Below are positions 18,940-28,542 of a stretch of 46,765 bases of DNA, one piece after another (positions within the stretch are counted from its first letter, which is position 1; each line of letters opens with the position of its first letter). Under the pieces are notes generated by a model. It did not search any database. It was given only the letters and a program-made list of their open reading frames with translations, and was not told the origin of the DNA. Source of the stretch: Candidatus Aenigmatarchaeota archaeon (GTDB lineage Archaea; Aenigmatarchaeota; Aenigmatarchaeia; CG10238-14; SpSt-28); NCBI GenBank assembly GCA_020832825.1, contig JAJHRL010000003.1, forward strand, positions 1 to 46,765, given 5' to 3'. Both the position numbers and the translations under genes were made by a program.

Positions 18940-19635
18940 ATGGGAAAGCGTATAATTGCTAGAGCGAGAGGGAAAGGAGGACCAAGATATAGAGCTCCTT
19001 CTCATCGATACTTAGGTAAAGTTGAGTATTACGATGGTGTGGGCGAAGGAGTGATTAAAGATATTCTTCATGATCCTGGTAGATCAGCACTGGTAATGCT
19101 AGTAAAAATTGGAGGAAGAGAAATTTTGCAAATCGCACCAGAAGGAGCTTATGTTGGGCAGGTAATAAAGTACGATGGGGAAATAGCCCCTGGAAATGTT
19201 GTTGAACTAGGAAAAATTCCAGAAGGAACAAAAATTTTTGGAATCGAAAGCTATCCTGGTTCTGGACCAAAATATTGTAGAGCCGCTGGAAGCTTTGGTA
19301 TTGTTATAGGGAAAAGTGGGAATAAGGTCGTAGTTCAATTTTCCTCAGGAAAACAAAAAGTATTAGATGCGAGATGTAGAGCAACCATAGGAATTCCTTC
19401 TAATGCAGGTAGAATCGAAAAACCCTGGGTAAAGGCTGGAAAGAAATATATCGCATTACATGCAAGAGGGAAGCTATTTCCTAGGACAGCAGCCGTAGTA
19501 ATGAATCCTGTAGATCATCCATGGGGTGGTAAAAGAAAGAGGCCGAGACCATCAAAGTTTGTTAGTAGAAATGCTCCTCCAGGAGCGAAAGTTGGGAGTA
19601 TTTCACCAAAGCCGAAGAAAAAAGCAGAAGCTTAG
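18940..19635 (+). CDS. rpl2: 50S ribosomal protein L2 (uL2)
   Basis: MGKRIIARARG, HDPGR, MNPVDHPWGG, APPGAKVG. Confidence 0.96.
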   Translation: MGKRIIARARGKGGPRYRAPSHRYLGKVEYYDGVGEGVIKDILHDPGRSALVMLVKIGGREILQIAPEGAYVGQVIKYDGEIAPGNVVELGKIPEGTKIFGIESYPGSGPKYCRAAGSFGIVIGKSGNKVVVQFSSGKQKVLDARCRATIGIPSNAGRIEKPWVKAGKKYIALHARGKLFPRTAAVVMNPVDHPWGGKRKRPRPSKFVSRNAPPGAKVGSISPKPKKKAEA

Positions 19636-20345
19636 ACAAACTTCTGTAGTCCTGGTTTTATTTTTTCTGTATCAATTATCACGAGATTTTTATTAGCCGG
19701 AAAAGCTACGTTGTAAACAGGAACTGTATCAATCCAGGCAAACCTTTTCCCCAGATGGGCGTGACCATGAATGACTAGATTTGGTCTAGTTTCCAAAATA
19801 ACTTTTTCCATCTCAAGACTTCCAAGATTGGAGTAGAAAAGAGGATTTTCTCCTTCTAGAGTTTTATAAGTTGGAGCATAATGTGTAAGGAGAATTTTGA
19901 AACCTTTATAGCTTTTCAGACAAGACCTAGCTTTTTCCACTCTCGCTTTATAAATCTGAGTTATGTTTGGAAGATGAGTCTTTTGCCATCTAGTTGGTTC
20001 ATCCAAGCTTCCTGTTGTGCCAAAAATTAACACGCTTTTTTCTTCTATCTTAAGCTCTATAGATTGATCATCTAAAAATCTTATACCAACCTCTTTCTTA
20101 ATTCTTTCACGATATTCTTCAAATTCGGTGTTTCCGAACACAGCAACAATCGGAACAAAAAATTTTCCAAAAAAAGAGTTGTATATTTTTCTATATTCTT
20201 CTACCTCCTTCTCAAGAGTATCCCTTTCAACCATATCTCCAGCTAGCAATATTAAATCGACTTTCTCACTAAAAGATTCTAAAGATTTTATAAATTCCTG
20301 GTAAAAAATTGGGGAGTGAATATCCGAACAAGCTAAAATTCTCAT
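19632..20345 (-). CDS. Calcineurin-like metallophosphoesterase
   Basis: SDIH, AGD, GNTE, THYAP, HGHAH. Confidence 0.9.
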   Translation of the reverse strand: MRILACSDIHSPIFYQEFIKSLESFSEKVDLILLAGDMVERDTLEKEVEEYRKIYNSFFGKFFVPIVAVFGNTEFEEYRERIKKEVGIRFLDDQSIELKIEEKSVLIFGTTGSLDEPTRWQKTHLPNITQIYKARVEKARSCLKSYKGFKILLTHYAPTYKTLEGENPLFYSNLGSLEMEKVILETRPNLVIHGHAHLGKRFAWIDTVPVYNVAFPANKNLVIIDTEKIKPGLQKFV

Positions 20346-20371
20346 ATTTTAGTTTTAAAAGCATTATTAAA

Positions 20372-20590
20372 TTACAACAAATTCATAAGGATTGTCCATG
20401 TCACAAACCATAAACCAAAGTATCCAAGTGCTGTTTCTCTTACGAATTCTTCAAACTTAAAGAGTTTTCCAAAAGCAAGATAACAGGAGAAATAAACGGT
20501 AAGGGAAATAGAAAAGGAAAGAAGGAAATTGGAAGAAAAGAAAGAAATTACACCAGAAAAAATTCCTAAAAGGAAAATTAACGTAAGCAA
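20372..20590 (-). CDS. Small three-TM membrane protein, EMC6-like
   Basis: Hydrophobic throughout; C-terminal GYFGLWFVTWTILMNL resembles the EMC6 W..W motif; TTG start with GGAGG upstream. Confidence 0.55.
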   Translation of the reverse strand: MLTLIFLLGIFSGVISFFSSNFLLSFSISLTVYFSCYLAFGKLFKFEEFVRETALGYFGLWFVTWTILMNLL

Positions 20591-20597
20591 TATTTTC

Positions 20598-21353
20598 TTA
20601 ATTTTCCTCCCCCCTTATAATTTTCTTTACAATAAAATCTTTTATCTTTTTTTGCCACGAATCCTGCTTTAATACCTCTCTAAAAACCCAACTTTTAATC
20701 TTTTTATTTTCCTCTAAAAGTTTTCTTGCTATATCCTCAACTGTTTCCCAATGGATCCGCAAATAGGGAGGGGGAGCTTCCTCTGTTTGTAAAATCTTTT
20801 CAATAAAAACTCTCGTTCTTTCATCGTGAGAGTATCCAACTCCAAAATCGAAGTTTACTTTTCTTTTGATTTTTTCTATCTCCCGATCCCTTTCGACCTT
20901 AGCTATTATAGAAGCTGCAGAAACTATCGGTACGCTTTCGTCTAAATAATTTTTTACAACCAATCTTACACTTTTACCTCTCGGTAAAAATTCCCTTATC
21001 ATTCTCTCGAACTTCTCACAGTTTTGCTCTATAGAATCAACGTATACCTTCTCGGCTTTAAGAATGCTAATAATATCTGCAATCTTCATAGCTTCTAGCT
21101 TATCAAGGTTTATTCCTTTAGCTTTAAACGAGGAAATTTTACAAGCAGAAACTTTGATTACTACGATTTCCTTCACCATTCTTTCTAATTCTTTTGCTAA
21201 TTCCTCTCTTTTTTCGGGAGTTAACTCTTTTGAATCCCTGATTCCCATTTTCTTAAGCTTCTTTGAGTCCTTGCTTTCGATGGAAACACCAGCTAGAACC
21301 ATTGGTCCAATTACTGCTCCTCTTCCAGCTTCATCTATACCAGCAATAATCAT
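20598..21353 (-). CDS. rnhB: Ribonuclease HII
   Basis: GIDEAGRGAVIGP, DSKEL, VSAASIIAKVERD. Confidence 0.96.
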   Translation of the reverse strand: MIIAGIDEAGRGAVIGPMVLAGVSIESKDSKKLKKMGIRDSKELTPEKREELAKELERMVKEIVVIKVSACKISSFKAKGINLDKLEAMKIADIISILKAEKVYVDSIEQNCEKFERMIREFLPRGKSVRLVVKNYLDESVPIVSAASIIAKVERDREIEKIKRKVNFDFGVGYSHDERTRVFIEKILQTEEAPPPYLRIHWETVEDIARKLLEENKKIKSWVFREVLKQDSWQKKIKDFIVKKIIRGEEN

Positions 21354-21422
21354 TCTAACACCTCACCTTTTTTCCATTATTTCTTTTATTTTCGCTCTTT
21401 ATTGCTATTAACTATAAAAAAT

Positions 21423-21854
21423 ATGAAGCTTGAAGATATTGAAGAGATGATAAGAGAAGGTAGGAATGTAGAGGAAATATTGAGTGCTGTAAATTGGAAG
21501 GAGTTTGAAGAGAAAGTAGAAGAAATCTTCCAAAGACATAACTTTAGAACAATGAAAAACTTTAGAATTAAAACCTCAAAAAGATTTGAAATCGATATAA
21601 TAGCTGAGAAGGGAAATTTGCTTTTCGTAGTAGATTGCAAGCAGTGGAGAAAAGGAAGATATAAACTATCTGCATTAAGAAAAGCGGCTGAGAAACAAAT
21701 AGAAAGGGCTGAAGCTATCAAACAGTCTCTTATCGGTCTAAATAAAAGAGTTATTCCCGTTCTCCTCACACTTTACGATGAGGGAATTTACAACTTTCAA
21801 GGAGTTTTCATAGTACCTCTTTTCAAGCTTAATAGTTTTTTGCTAGAGTTTTAA
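21423..21854 (+). CDS. PD-(D/E)xK restriction-endonuclease-like protein (Mrr_cat-like)
   Basis: WKEFEEKV...EIDIIAEK...VVDCKQW. Confidence 0.8.
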   Translation: MKLEDIEEMIREGRNVEEILSAVNWKEFEEKVEEIFQRHNFRTMKNFRIKTSKRFEIDIIAEKGNLLFVVDCKQWRKGRYKLSALRKAAEKQIERAEAIKQSLIGLNKRVIPVLLTLYDEGIYNFQGVFIVPLFKLNSFLLEF

Positions 21855-21912
21855 TAGCAATTAAAGATAAAAAGATAAAAACGTGCAAAACAACATTCGT
21901 ATGGTGAAAAAA

Positions 21913-22461
21913 ATGACAGACTTCGATATTAAAGTGGAAAACATTGTAGCATCTATTTCTCTCGGAGTTAAGGTTCCTCTAAACAAGTTACTCGACGAAA
22001 ACACAGAATATGAACCTGAGCAGTTTCCCGGTGTTGTTTATAGAATGGATGAACCAAGAGCAGCAGCACTTATTTTTAGTTCAGGAAAGATAGTATGCAC
22101 GGGAACCAGGAGCATGCAAGAATTAAAAAAGGCAATTCGACTAATTTTCAGGAAGCTTAGAAAGGCTGGCGTGAAAATTCCTCCAAATTATAAGGTAGAA
22201 ATTCAGAACATAGTAGCATCAGCGAAGTTTGAAGAAGGAATTAACCTGGATAAAATCGCATTTGAGCTAGAAAACACAGAATATGAACCGGAGCAGTTTC
22301 CCGGTGTTGTTTATAGAATGGATGAACCAAAGGTTGCCTTTCTCTTTTTTAGTTCAGGAAAGATAGTATGCACGGGGACTAGAAAGGTTGAAGAAATTAA
22401 GAAAGCGATAGAAAGAGTGTATAAGAAACTGAAAGAAATTAAAGCCTTCGAAAAATTGTAG
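21913..22461 (+). CDS. tbp: TATA-box binding protein
   Basis: Two repeats of NIVAS...YEPEQFPGVVYR...FSSGKIVCTG; SD GGTGA before ATG 21913. Confidence 0.97.
   Translation: MTDFDIKVENIVASISLGVKVPLNKLLDENTEYEPEQFPGVVYRMDEPRAAALIFSSGKIVCTGTRSMQELKKAIRLIFRKLRKAGVKIPPNYKVEIQNIVASAKFEEGINLDKIAFELENTEYEPEQFPGVVYRMDEPKVAFLFFSSGKIVCTGTRKVEEIKKAIERVYKKLKEIKAFEKL
21997..22376 (+). repeat. Near-identical internal direct repeat in tbp (273-nt offset)
   Basis: 21997-22057 vs 22270-22330 match at 60/61 nt; 22073-22103 vs 22346-22376 match at 31/31 nt. Confidence 0.9.
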
Positions 22462-22530
22462 CTTTTTTCTTCTTTTTTAAATCTTCATACTTTCATGAAA
22501 AACTTTAAATAAGTTTCTTTAAATTTCAAC

Positions 22531-24540
22531 ATGGAGAAAGAAAAGCTAGTGGAAAAATTTTTAACATTTCTGGAAGACTACTATAAAGATAAAATTTTAG
22601 TAGCGTTGAATGAGGGGAGAAATTCTATAGAAATAGACTTTCATGAACTAGAGAAGTATGACATTGAAATTGCTGATTATCTACTTGAAAATCCGGATGA
22701 ACTATTAACTGTTGTTGAAAGCTCTTTAGGCGAATTAGATCCTCTTCTCAGCGATAAAAGATTTCACTTGAGATTTTTTAATCTTCCTGAGGATAGGAAC
22801 GTTAGAATAAGAAATTTAAGAGCAGAACATATTGGTAAGTTAATAGTTGTTGATGGAATTGTTAAAAGAGCAAGTGAGGTTCGGCCAGAAGTTTACGAAA
22901 TAACTTTTCAATGTCCCTCCTGCAACGAGCTAATCGTAGTTAAACAAGAAGCTAGAAGCTTGAAAGGTCCGGATGCTTGTCCTAATTGTGGAAACAAGAA
23001 GGGATTTAAACAAGTTAGTGAGAAGTTTTATGATACGAGATGGATTGTAATAGAAGAGCCATTCGAAATAACGAGTGGGGAAAGACCTTCAGATTTAATA
23101 GTTTACTTAAAAGAGGATCTAGTTACCCCTAAAATGCAGTTTAAAACCGACCCTGGAAATAGAATAAAAGTTACTGGTATACTAAGGCAATTGCCAAGAA
23201 AAGTAAAAGGTGGCATTTCGAAGCAAATGGAAATATATTTAGATGCTATTCATGTAGAGAGCGTAGAAACAGAGTGGGAAGAAATAGAAATTACAGAAGA
23301 AGATGAAAAGAAAATAATCGAGCTTGCTAAAGATCCTCAGATTTATGATAAACTTGTCGCTTCCATAGCACCAACCATTTATGGACTGGAGGATATTAAA
23401 TTGGCTATTGCTCTACAACTTTTTGGAGGAGAAGAACATATTCAGAAAGATAAATCTAGAGTAAGAGGAGAAATTCATATCCTACTAATAGGAGATCCAT
23501 CAACAGCTAAGAGCCAGCTGATGAAGGTTGCATCTACTTTAATCCCTCGAGCGAGATATGTTAGTGGAAAAGGAATAACAGGTGTTGGCATAACAGCTAC
23601 TGTAGTAAGAGATGAAGAGCTTTTTGGCGGTTGGGTATTAGAAGCTGGTGCTTTAGTGCTCTGCAATAAATCTCTACTCGCAATAGACGAATTCGAAAAG
23701 ATAGAAAAACAAGACATGATAGCTATGCATGAAGCAATGGAAATGGGACAAATATCTATAGCCAAAGCAAATATAGTTGCCACACTGCCTGCAAAAACAT
23801 CAATCCTGGCTGGTGGAAATCCAAAATTCGGAAGATTTGATCCTTATCTACCTATTAAAGAGCAAATTGAGGTTCCTGAAACAATTTTGAGCAGGTTTGA
23901 TTTGAAATTTGCAATAAGAGACATACCTAATCCAGAAACTGACGAAAAAATTGTATCTCACATCCTACAAGCGCGACATTTCGGAGGAGAAGCAGCACAA
24001 CCTCCTATTCCACCTGAACTTTTTAGAAAGTATGTAGCATATGCCAGAAAGAATTGTCATCCCAAATTAACTCCTGAAGCAGCGGAAGAGATCAAAAAAT
24101 TCTTTCTTAATCTAAGAAGTAAGTATGTAGAAGGTTCTCCAGTTTCCATAACTTTCAGACAATATGAAGCCTTAGTAAGATTGGCTGAAGCTTCAGCAAG
24201 AGTTCAATTGAGAAACGAAGTAAGTAGGGAAGATGCACTAAGAGCTATAAGATTAATGAGCGTTTCACTAAGACAACTTGGCTTTGAACCACAAATTGGT
24301 ACTATAGATATTGATAGAGTAGAAGGTGCAAGAGCCACCGCAATGCAGAGGAGTAAAATAAGAACTGTAATTTCATTGATAGAGGAGTTAGAGAAGACTT
24401 ACGGCAAGGAAATTCCTTTTGATGAAATAGTGAAAAAGGCGAAATCGAGCGGAATTGAAGATATAGAAGAGATTTTGAGGAAAATGCAGCAAGAAGGCGT
24501 CATATATTCTCCTAGACCAGGATTTATAAGCAGAGTATAA
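22531..24540 (+). CDS. mcm: MCM replicative helicase
   Basis: Zn finger CPSC/CPNC, Walker A GDPSTAKSQ, IDEFEK, SRFDL, C-terminal wHTH. Confidence 0.97.
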   Translation: MEKEKLVEKFLTFLEDYYKDKILVALNEGRNSIEIDFHELEKYDIEIADYLLENPDELLTVVESSLGELDPLLSDKRFHLRFFNLPEDRNVRIRNLRAEHIGKLIVVDGIVKRASEVRPEVYEITFQCPSCNELIVVKQEARSLKGPDACPNCGNKKGFKQVSEKFYDTRWIVIEEPFEITSGERPSDLIVYLKEDLVTPKMQFKTDPGNRIKVTGILRQLPRKVKGGISKQMEIYLDAIHVESVETEWEEIEITEEDEKKIIELAKDPQIYDKLVASIAPTIYGLEDIKLAIALQLFGGEEHIQKDKSRVRGEIHILLIGDPSTAKSQLMKVASTLIPRARYVSGKGITGVGITATVVRDEELFGGWVLEAGALVLCNKSLLAIDEFEKIEKQDMIAMHEAMEMGQISIAKANIVATLPAKTSILAGGNPKFGRFDPYLPIKEQIEVPETILSRFDLKFAIRDIPNPETDEKIVSHILQARHFGGEAAQPPIPPELFRKYVAYARKNCHPKLTPEAAEEIKKFFLNLRSKYVEGSPVSITFRQYEALVRLAEASARVQLRNEVSREDALRAIRLMSVSLRQLGFEPQIGTIDIDRVEGARATAMQRSKIRTVISLIEELEKTYGKEIPFDEIVKKAKSSGIEDIEEILRKMQQEGVIYSPRPGFISRV

Positions 24541-24598
24541 TTTTTGAATATCTTGAGATTTTTTAATGCAAAAGTTTAAAACATGTTTAGTGAGAAGT

Positions 24599-25759
24599 AT
24601 GCAAAAAACGGTCTTAGTTTTAATATTGATAATAGCTCTACTTTTGCCAGTGATAGCTCTAGCACAGCAAAGATCTTTAGAAAGAAGAGAAACTACTGCA
24701 ACTGCTACGCCTTTTGAGTTCAACGAGACAGAAATAGAAGCAAGATTAAGAAAGGAAGAGGGAAAAGTTTGGGAGATTTTAGAAGAAAAATTCATAAAAA
24801 TCAAAAACTGCTCAAGGGATGAAGACTGTTTACACATCTTTTGCCCTGCAGTTATTGGTGGGGATACTCCAATGTGTGTGGAAGGAAGATGTGTTTGTGG
24901 TCCTGGTCGATTTCCAAAATATCCTATTAACGCAACTAAAATTACCATTTGTAGAGAAGTAAGAGAGAAGATGAAAGAATTTGTAGAGAAGATGAAAGAA
25001 GAGAAAAACCAATCAAGAATGGAAGAACTTCTCAACCAACTGGTAGAATTAAGAGAAAGGAATAAAGAATGTTTCCCACGACCAGCAAGAATTGTTCCAT
25101 TTATTGCTTTAGAATCGGCAGTAAAGAAAGCACAAGGTGTAGACGAATTCTTAGAAGGGATGAAAAATTTAAGGGAAGAACTACTCAATAATATAACATC
25201 TCAAAACTTAACAGGAAGAGAACTTGCACAAGTGATTAAAGAATACAACGAAAAAAGAAAGGAACTTGTTAAAGAATTTGTTCAAAAGATTCATGAAATA
25301 AACATGGAAAGAATGGAAGAAATTAAAGAAGTTGTAGTTGCAAGACATGTAAAGTGGGAAAACGAAACATTATTCAATGTAACAAGAATTGTAGTAACAG
25401 TAAATGGTAAAAACATTACAATAGAACCTGGAGATTATGTAACAATAAGCGTAGAGGGTGTTGTTGTTAAGTCAATAATTCCACTAAAAGTTAAAAACAA
25501 TACAATAGAAGATGCAGATACGAATCAAACAATTAGAGAAACTCCAGACAGAATTAGAGCCAGGATAAGAGAACAAATAAGAGAAATGAAATTAGAAAGA
25601 AAGGAAAATAAGCCAGTTTACATAGTAGCTGCAGCAAAACGAGGAAGGTTACTAGGAATTATTCCAGTAAATGTTAGTGTAAACTATGAGATATCAGCAA
25701 CTGATGGCAGTACAATAAAAGTAAATAGACCTTGGTGGAGCTTTCTTGTTATTGGCTAA
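24599..25759 (+). CDS. Secreted or membrane-anchored protein with six-Cys mini-domain and coiled coil
   Basis: Signal/TM VLVLILIIALLLPVIALA, CSRDEDC...C...C...CVC, C-terminal RLLGIIPV...RPWWSFLV. Confidence 0.8.
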   Translation: MQKTVLVLILIIALLLPVIALAQQRSLERRETTATATPFEFNETEIEARLRKEEGKVWEILEEKFIKIKNCSRDEDCLHIFCPAVIGGDTPMCVEGRCVCGPGRFPKYPINATKITICREVREKMKEFVEKMKEEKNQSRMEELLNQLVELRERNKECFPRPARIVPFIALESAVKKAQGVDEFLEGMKNLREELLNNITSQNLTGRELAQVIKEYNEKRKELVKEFVQKIHEINMERMEEIKEVVVARHVKWENETLFNVTRIVVTVNGKNITIEPGDYVTISVEGVVVKSIIPLKVKNNTIEDADTNQTIRETPDRIRARIREQIREMKLERKENKPVYIVAAAKRGRLLGIIPVNVSVNYEISATDGSTIKVNRPWWSFLVIG

Positions 25760-25786
25760 TTCTTTCTTTTTCTTTTTTATTTTTTG
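25760..25786 (+). terminator. Oligo-T intrinsic terminator (putative)
   Basis: T-rich tract TTCTTTCTTTTTCTTTTTTATTTTTTG immediately after the stop codon. Confidence 0.4.
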
Positions 25787-25802
25787 AAACAAGAATAATT
25801 TA

Positions 25803-27119
25803 ATGGACATTTATGAGATTTTAAAGAACAAAGGTATTTCTATTGGAGACAAAATAAGAGTAGATTCTATAGAAGGAATTTTGATGCCAAGAACAGAGTT
25901 TGTAGAGAACGATGTTATTGTTCTCAAAATGAATAATGGCTATAATATAGGAATAAAATTTAGAGACGATTTGAAAATTGAATTGATAGAGAAAAAGAAG
26001 GAACAAAAATTAGAGAAACAAAAGCATAAAGAATTCGATCCAAGTAAACCTACTGTTTCAATTTTAGCGTGCGGGGGAACAATAGCAAGTAAAGTTGAAT
26101 ATAAAACTGGAGCTGTTTTCCCATCATTTTCTCCAGAGGAATTAATAGAAGCTTTTCCTGAAATAGGAGAAATAGCAAACATAAAAGTAAGAAAACTTTT
26201 TGATTTGTTTAGCGAAGATATGCAACCTGAACACTGGAAAATTATCGCTCAAGAAGTTGCTAAAGAAATTGAAAGTGGAGTTGATGGTGTTGTTTTAATG
26301 CACGGAACTGATACAATGCATTATACAAGCGCAGCTTTAAGTTTTATGTTACAAGACTTGCCAGTACCAGTAGTTTTAGTAGGCGCCCAAAGAAGCAGTG
26401 ACAGGGGAAGTAGTGACAATAGAGTAAATTTAGTTTCTGCTATTTTGTTTGCTGCTAAAGGAGAAATAGCAGAAGTTGTTGTTTGCATGCATGAAAGTTC
26501 AAATGATGATTATTGCGCTGTTCATAGAGGTACTAAAGTTAGAAAAATGCATACTAGTAGAAGAGATGCATTTAAGTCAATAAACATTTCTCCTCTAGCA
26601 AGGGTCAATTACTTTGAAAGAAGAATAGAGTATCTCACAGCAAACTTTAAGAAAAGAGACAAAAGTAGAAAGTTAAAGCTTGATACTAATATTAATCCAA
26701 ATGTTGGAGTTTTTTATTTTCATCCTGGGTCAAAACCAGAATTTTTGAGAGAAATGAGCAAATTTTATGAAGGTATAGTCATAGCTGCTACTGGTTTAGG
26801 TCATATTGGAATAAATCCAGGAAATGACAAATTAGCAAAGAATTTTCTACCTGTAATAAAAGAGTTAATAGAAAAAGGCATTCCAATTGTTTTTGCTCCT
26901 CAAACAATTTATGGAAGATTGAATTTGAATGTCTATTCTACAGGAAGAATTTTAGAAAAAGCTGGTGTTATAGGAAGTCTTTGCGATTGGACAATTGAAA
27001 CAGCATTAGTAAAATTAATGTTTGTCTTGGGACATACGAAAGATATGAACGAAATAAAAAAGATGATGCTTACAAATATTGCAGGAGAAATAAATGAGAG
27101 AATTGAGTATGAATTATAA
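25803..27119 (+). CDS. gatD: Glu-tRNA(Gln) amidotransferase subunit D
   Basis: KMNNGYNIG, GGTIAS, HGTDTM, GAQRSSDRGSSD, KMHTSRRDAF. Confidence 0.96.
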   Translation: MDIYEILKNKGISIGDKIRVDSIEGILMPRTEFVENDVIVLKMNNGYNIGIKFRDDLKIELIEKKKEQKLEKQKHKEFDPSKPTVSILACGGTIASKVEYKTGAVFPSFSPEELIEAFPEIGEIANIKVRKLFDLFSEDMQPEHWKIIAQEVAKEIESGVDGVVLMHGTDTMHYTSAALSFMLQDLPVPVVLVGAQRSSDRGSSDNRVNLVSAILFAAKGEIAEVVVCMHESSNDDYCAVHRGTKVRKMHTSRRDAFKSINISPLARVNYFERRIEYLTANFKKRDKSRKLKLDTNINPNVGVFYFHPGSKPEFLREMSKFYEGIVIAATGLGHIGINPGNDKLAKNFLPVIKELIEKGIPIVFAPQTIYGRLNLNVYSTGRILEKAGVIGSLCDWTIETALVKLMFVLGHTKDMNEIKKMMLTNIAGEINERIEYEL

Positions 27120-28542
27120 AGAGTTAGGATTGAAAGTTGGCTTAGAAATTCATTTCCAGTTAGATGTAGACAAAAAACTTTTCTGCGATTGTTCTTCTAG
27201 CATGAAAGAAAAAGAACCAATAGCAATTGTTAAAAGAAAATTGCATCCAGTTGCTAGCGAGTTGGGAGAAGTGGATGTTGCTGCTCAATTTGAATATTTG
27301 AGAAATAGAACTTTCTTTTACGAAGTTTTTAAAAATGAAAGTTGTCTTGTTGAATTAGATGAAGAACCTCCACACAATCCAAATGAAGAGGCTTTAAAAG
27401 TTGCACTACAAATTGCAAAGTTATTTAATTGTAGAATACCAGAACAAATTTTTGTGATGAGAAAAACTGTTATTGATGGGAGCAACACTTCTGGTTTTCA
27501 AAGAACAATGATAATAGGATTTGATGGTTATTTTGAATTTAAAGGAAAGAAAATTCCAATAACTCAAATTTGCTTGGAGGAAGATGCGGCTGCGATAGAC
27601 AGAGAAGAAAATGGAAATGTTTATTACAAACTAAATAGACTTGGAATTCCTTTAGTAGAGATTGATACTGGAGTTATAGAAGGTTTTGAGCCAAAAGAAA
27701 TAGAAGAAATAGCTTACCAAATTTTCTTGATAGCATCCTCTACAAGAAAGATTAGAAAACAAATCGGAGCAATAAGGCAAGATGTTAATGTTTCTATAAG
27801 CGGTGGTGAAAGAGTTGAAATAAAGGGAGTGCAGAAACTTAGTTTGATATCAAAAGTTATAGAAAAAGAAGTTGAGAGACAACTCGAATTGATAAAAAAA
27901 GGTGAAAAAGTCCAAAAAGAAACTAGGGCAGCAAAGGAAGACGGTACAACAGAATTCATGAGACCTTTACCAGGAGCAGAAAGAATGTATCCTGAAACAG
28001 ACATAAAACCAATAAAAACTGAAGATATTTTGAAGAATTTAGAAATACCTGAGCTACTCAACAAACGAATAGAAAGATATGAAAAAGAGTACAAACTATC
28101 AAAAAGTTTGATAGAAAGTTTGTTGAAAACAGATTACTTTTTCTTTTTTGAAGATTTAGCAAGAAAATTTCCAAAAATTGAACCAACTGTTATTGCAAGT
28201 GTTCTTTCTTCAACCTTAAAAGAAATTGAAAGAAAAGAGAAAGTAGAAATTAAACTAAAAGAAGAACGATTAATTGAATTTTTTGATGCATTAAACAGAG
28301 GGTTTGTGTTCAAGGAAGCTGCATACGACATACTGAAAAAGATGAATGAGGGTAAATCTGTTGAAGAGGCAGTAAAAGAACTTGGATTAATTCCATTAAC
28401 AAAAGAAGAAATTCTAAAAATAATTGAAGAAACAAGAAAAGAAGTTGCTGATAAAAAGAAGTTGATTGGAGTAGTGCTTTCTAAAGTAAGAGGAAGAGCA
28501 AATATTTCGGAAGTTATAAAGATGATAGAAAAGTTAAGTTAA
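27109..28542 (+). CDS. gatE: Glu-tRNA(Gln) amidotransferase subunit E (short form)
   Basis: GLKVGLEIH, MRKTVIDGSNTSGFQRT, LEEDAA, RQDVNVSI, PGAERMYPETD; overlaps gatD. Confidence 0.93.
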   Translation: MNYKELGLKVGLEIHFQLDVDKKLFCDCSSSMKEKEPIAIVKRKLHPVASELGEVDVAAQFEYLRNRTFFYEVFKNESCLVELDEEPPHNPNEEALKVALQIAKLFNCRIPEQIFVMRKTVIDGSNTSGFQRTMIIGFDGYFEFKGKKIPITQICLEEDAAAIDREENGNVYYKLNRLGIPLVEIDTGVIEGFEPKEIEEIAYQIFLIASSTRKIRKQIGAIRQDVNVSISGGERVEIKGVQKLSLISKVIEKEVERQLELIKKGEKVQKETRAAKEDGTTEFMRPLPGAERMYPETDIKPIKTEDILKNLEIPELLNKRIERYEKEYKLSKSLIESLLKTDYFFFFEDLARKFPKIEPTVIASVLSSTLKEIERKEKVEIKLKEERLIEFFDALNRGFVFKEAAYDILKKMNEGKSVEEAVKELGLIPLTKEEILKIIEETRKEVADKKKLIGVVLSKVRGRANISEVIKMIEKLS

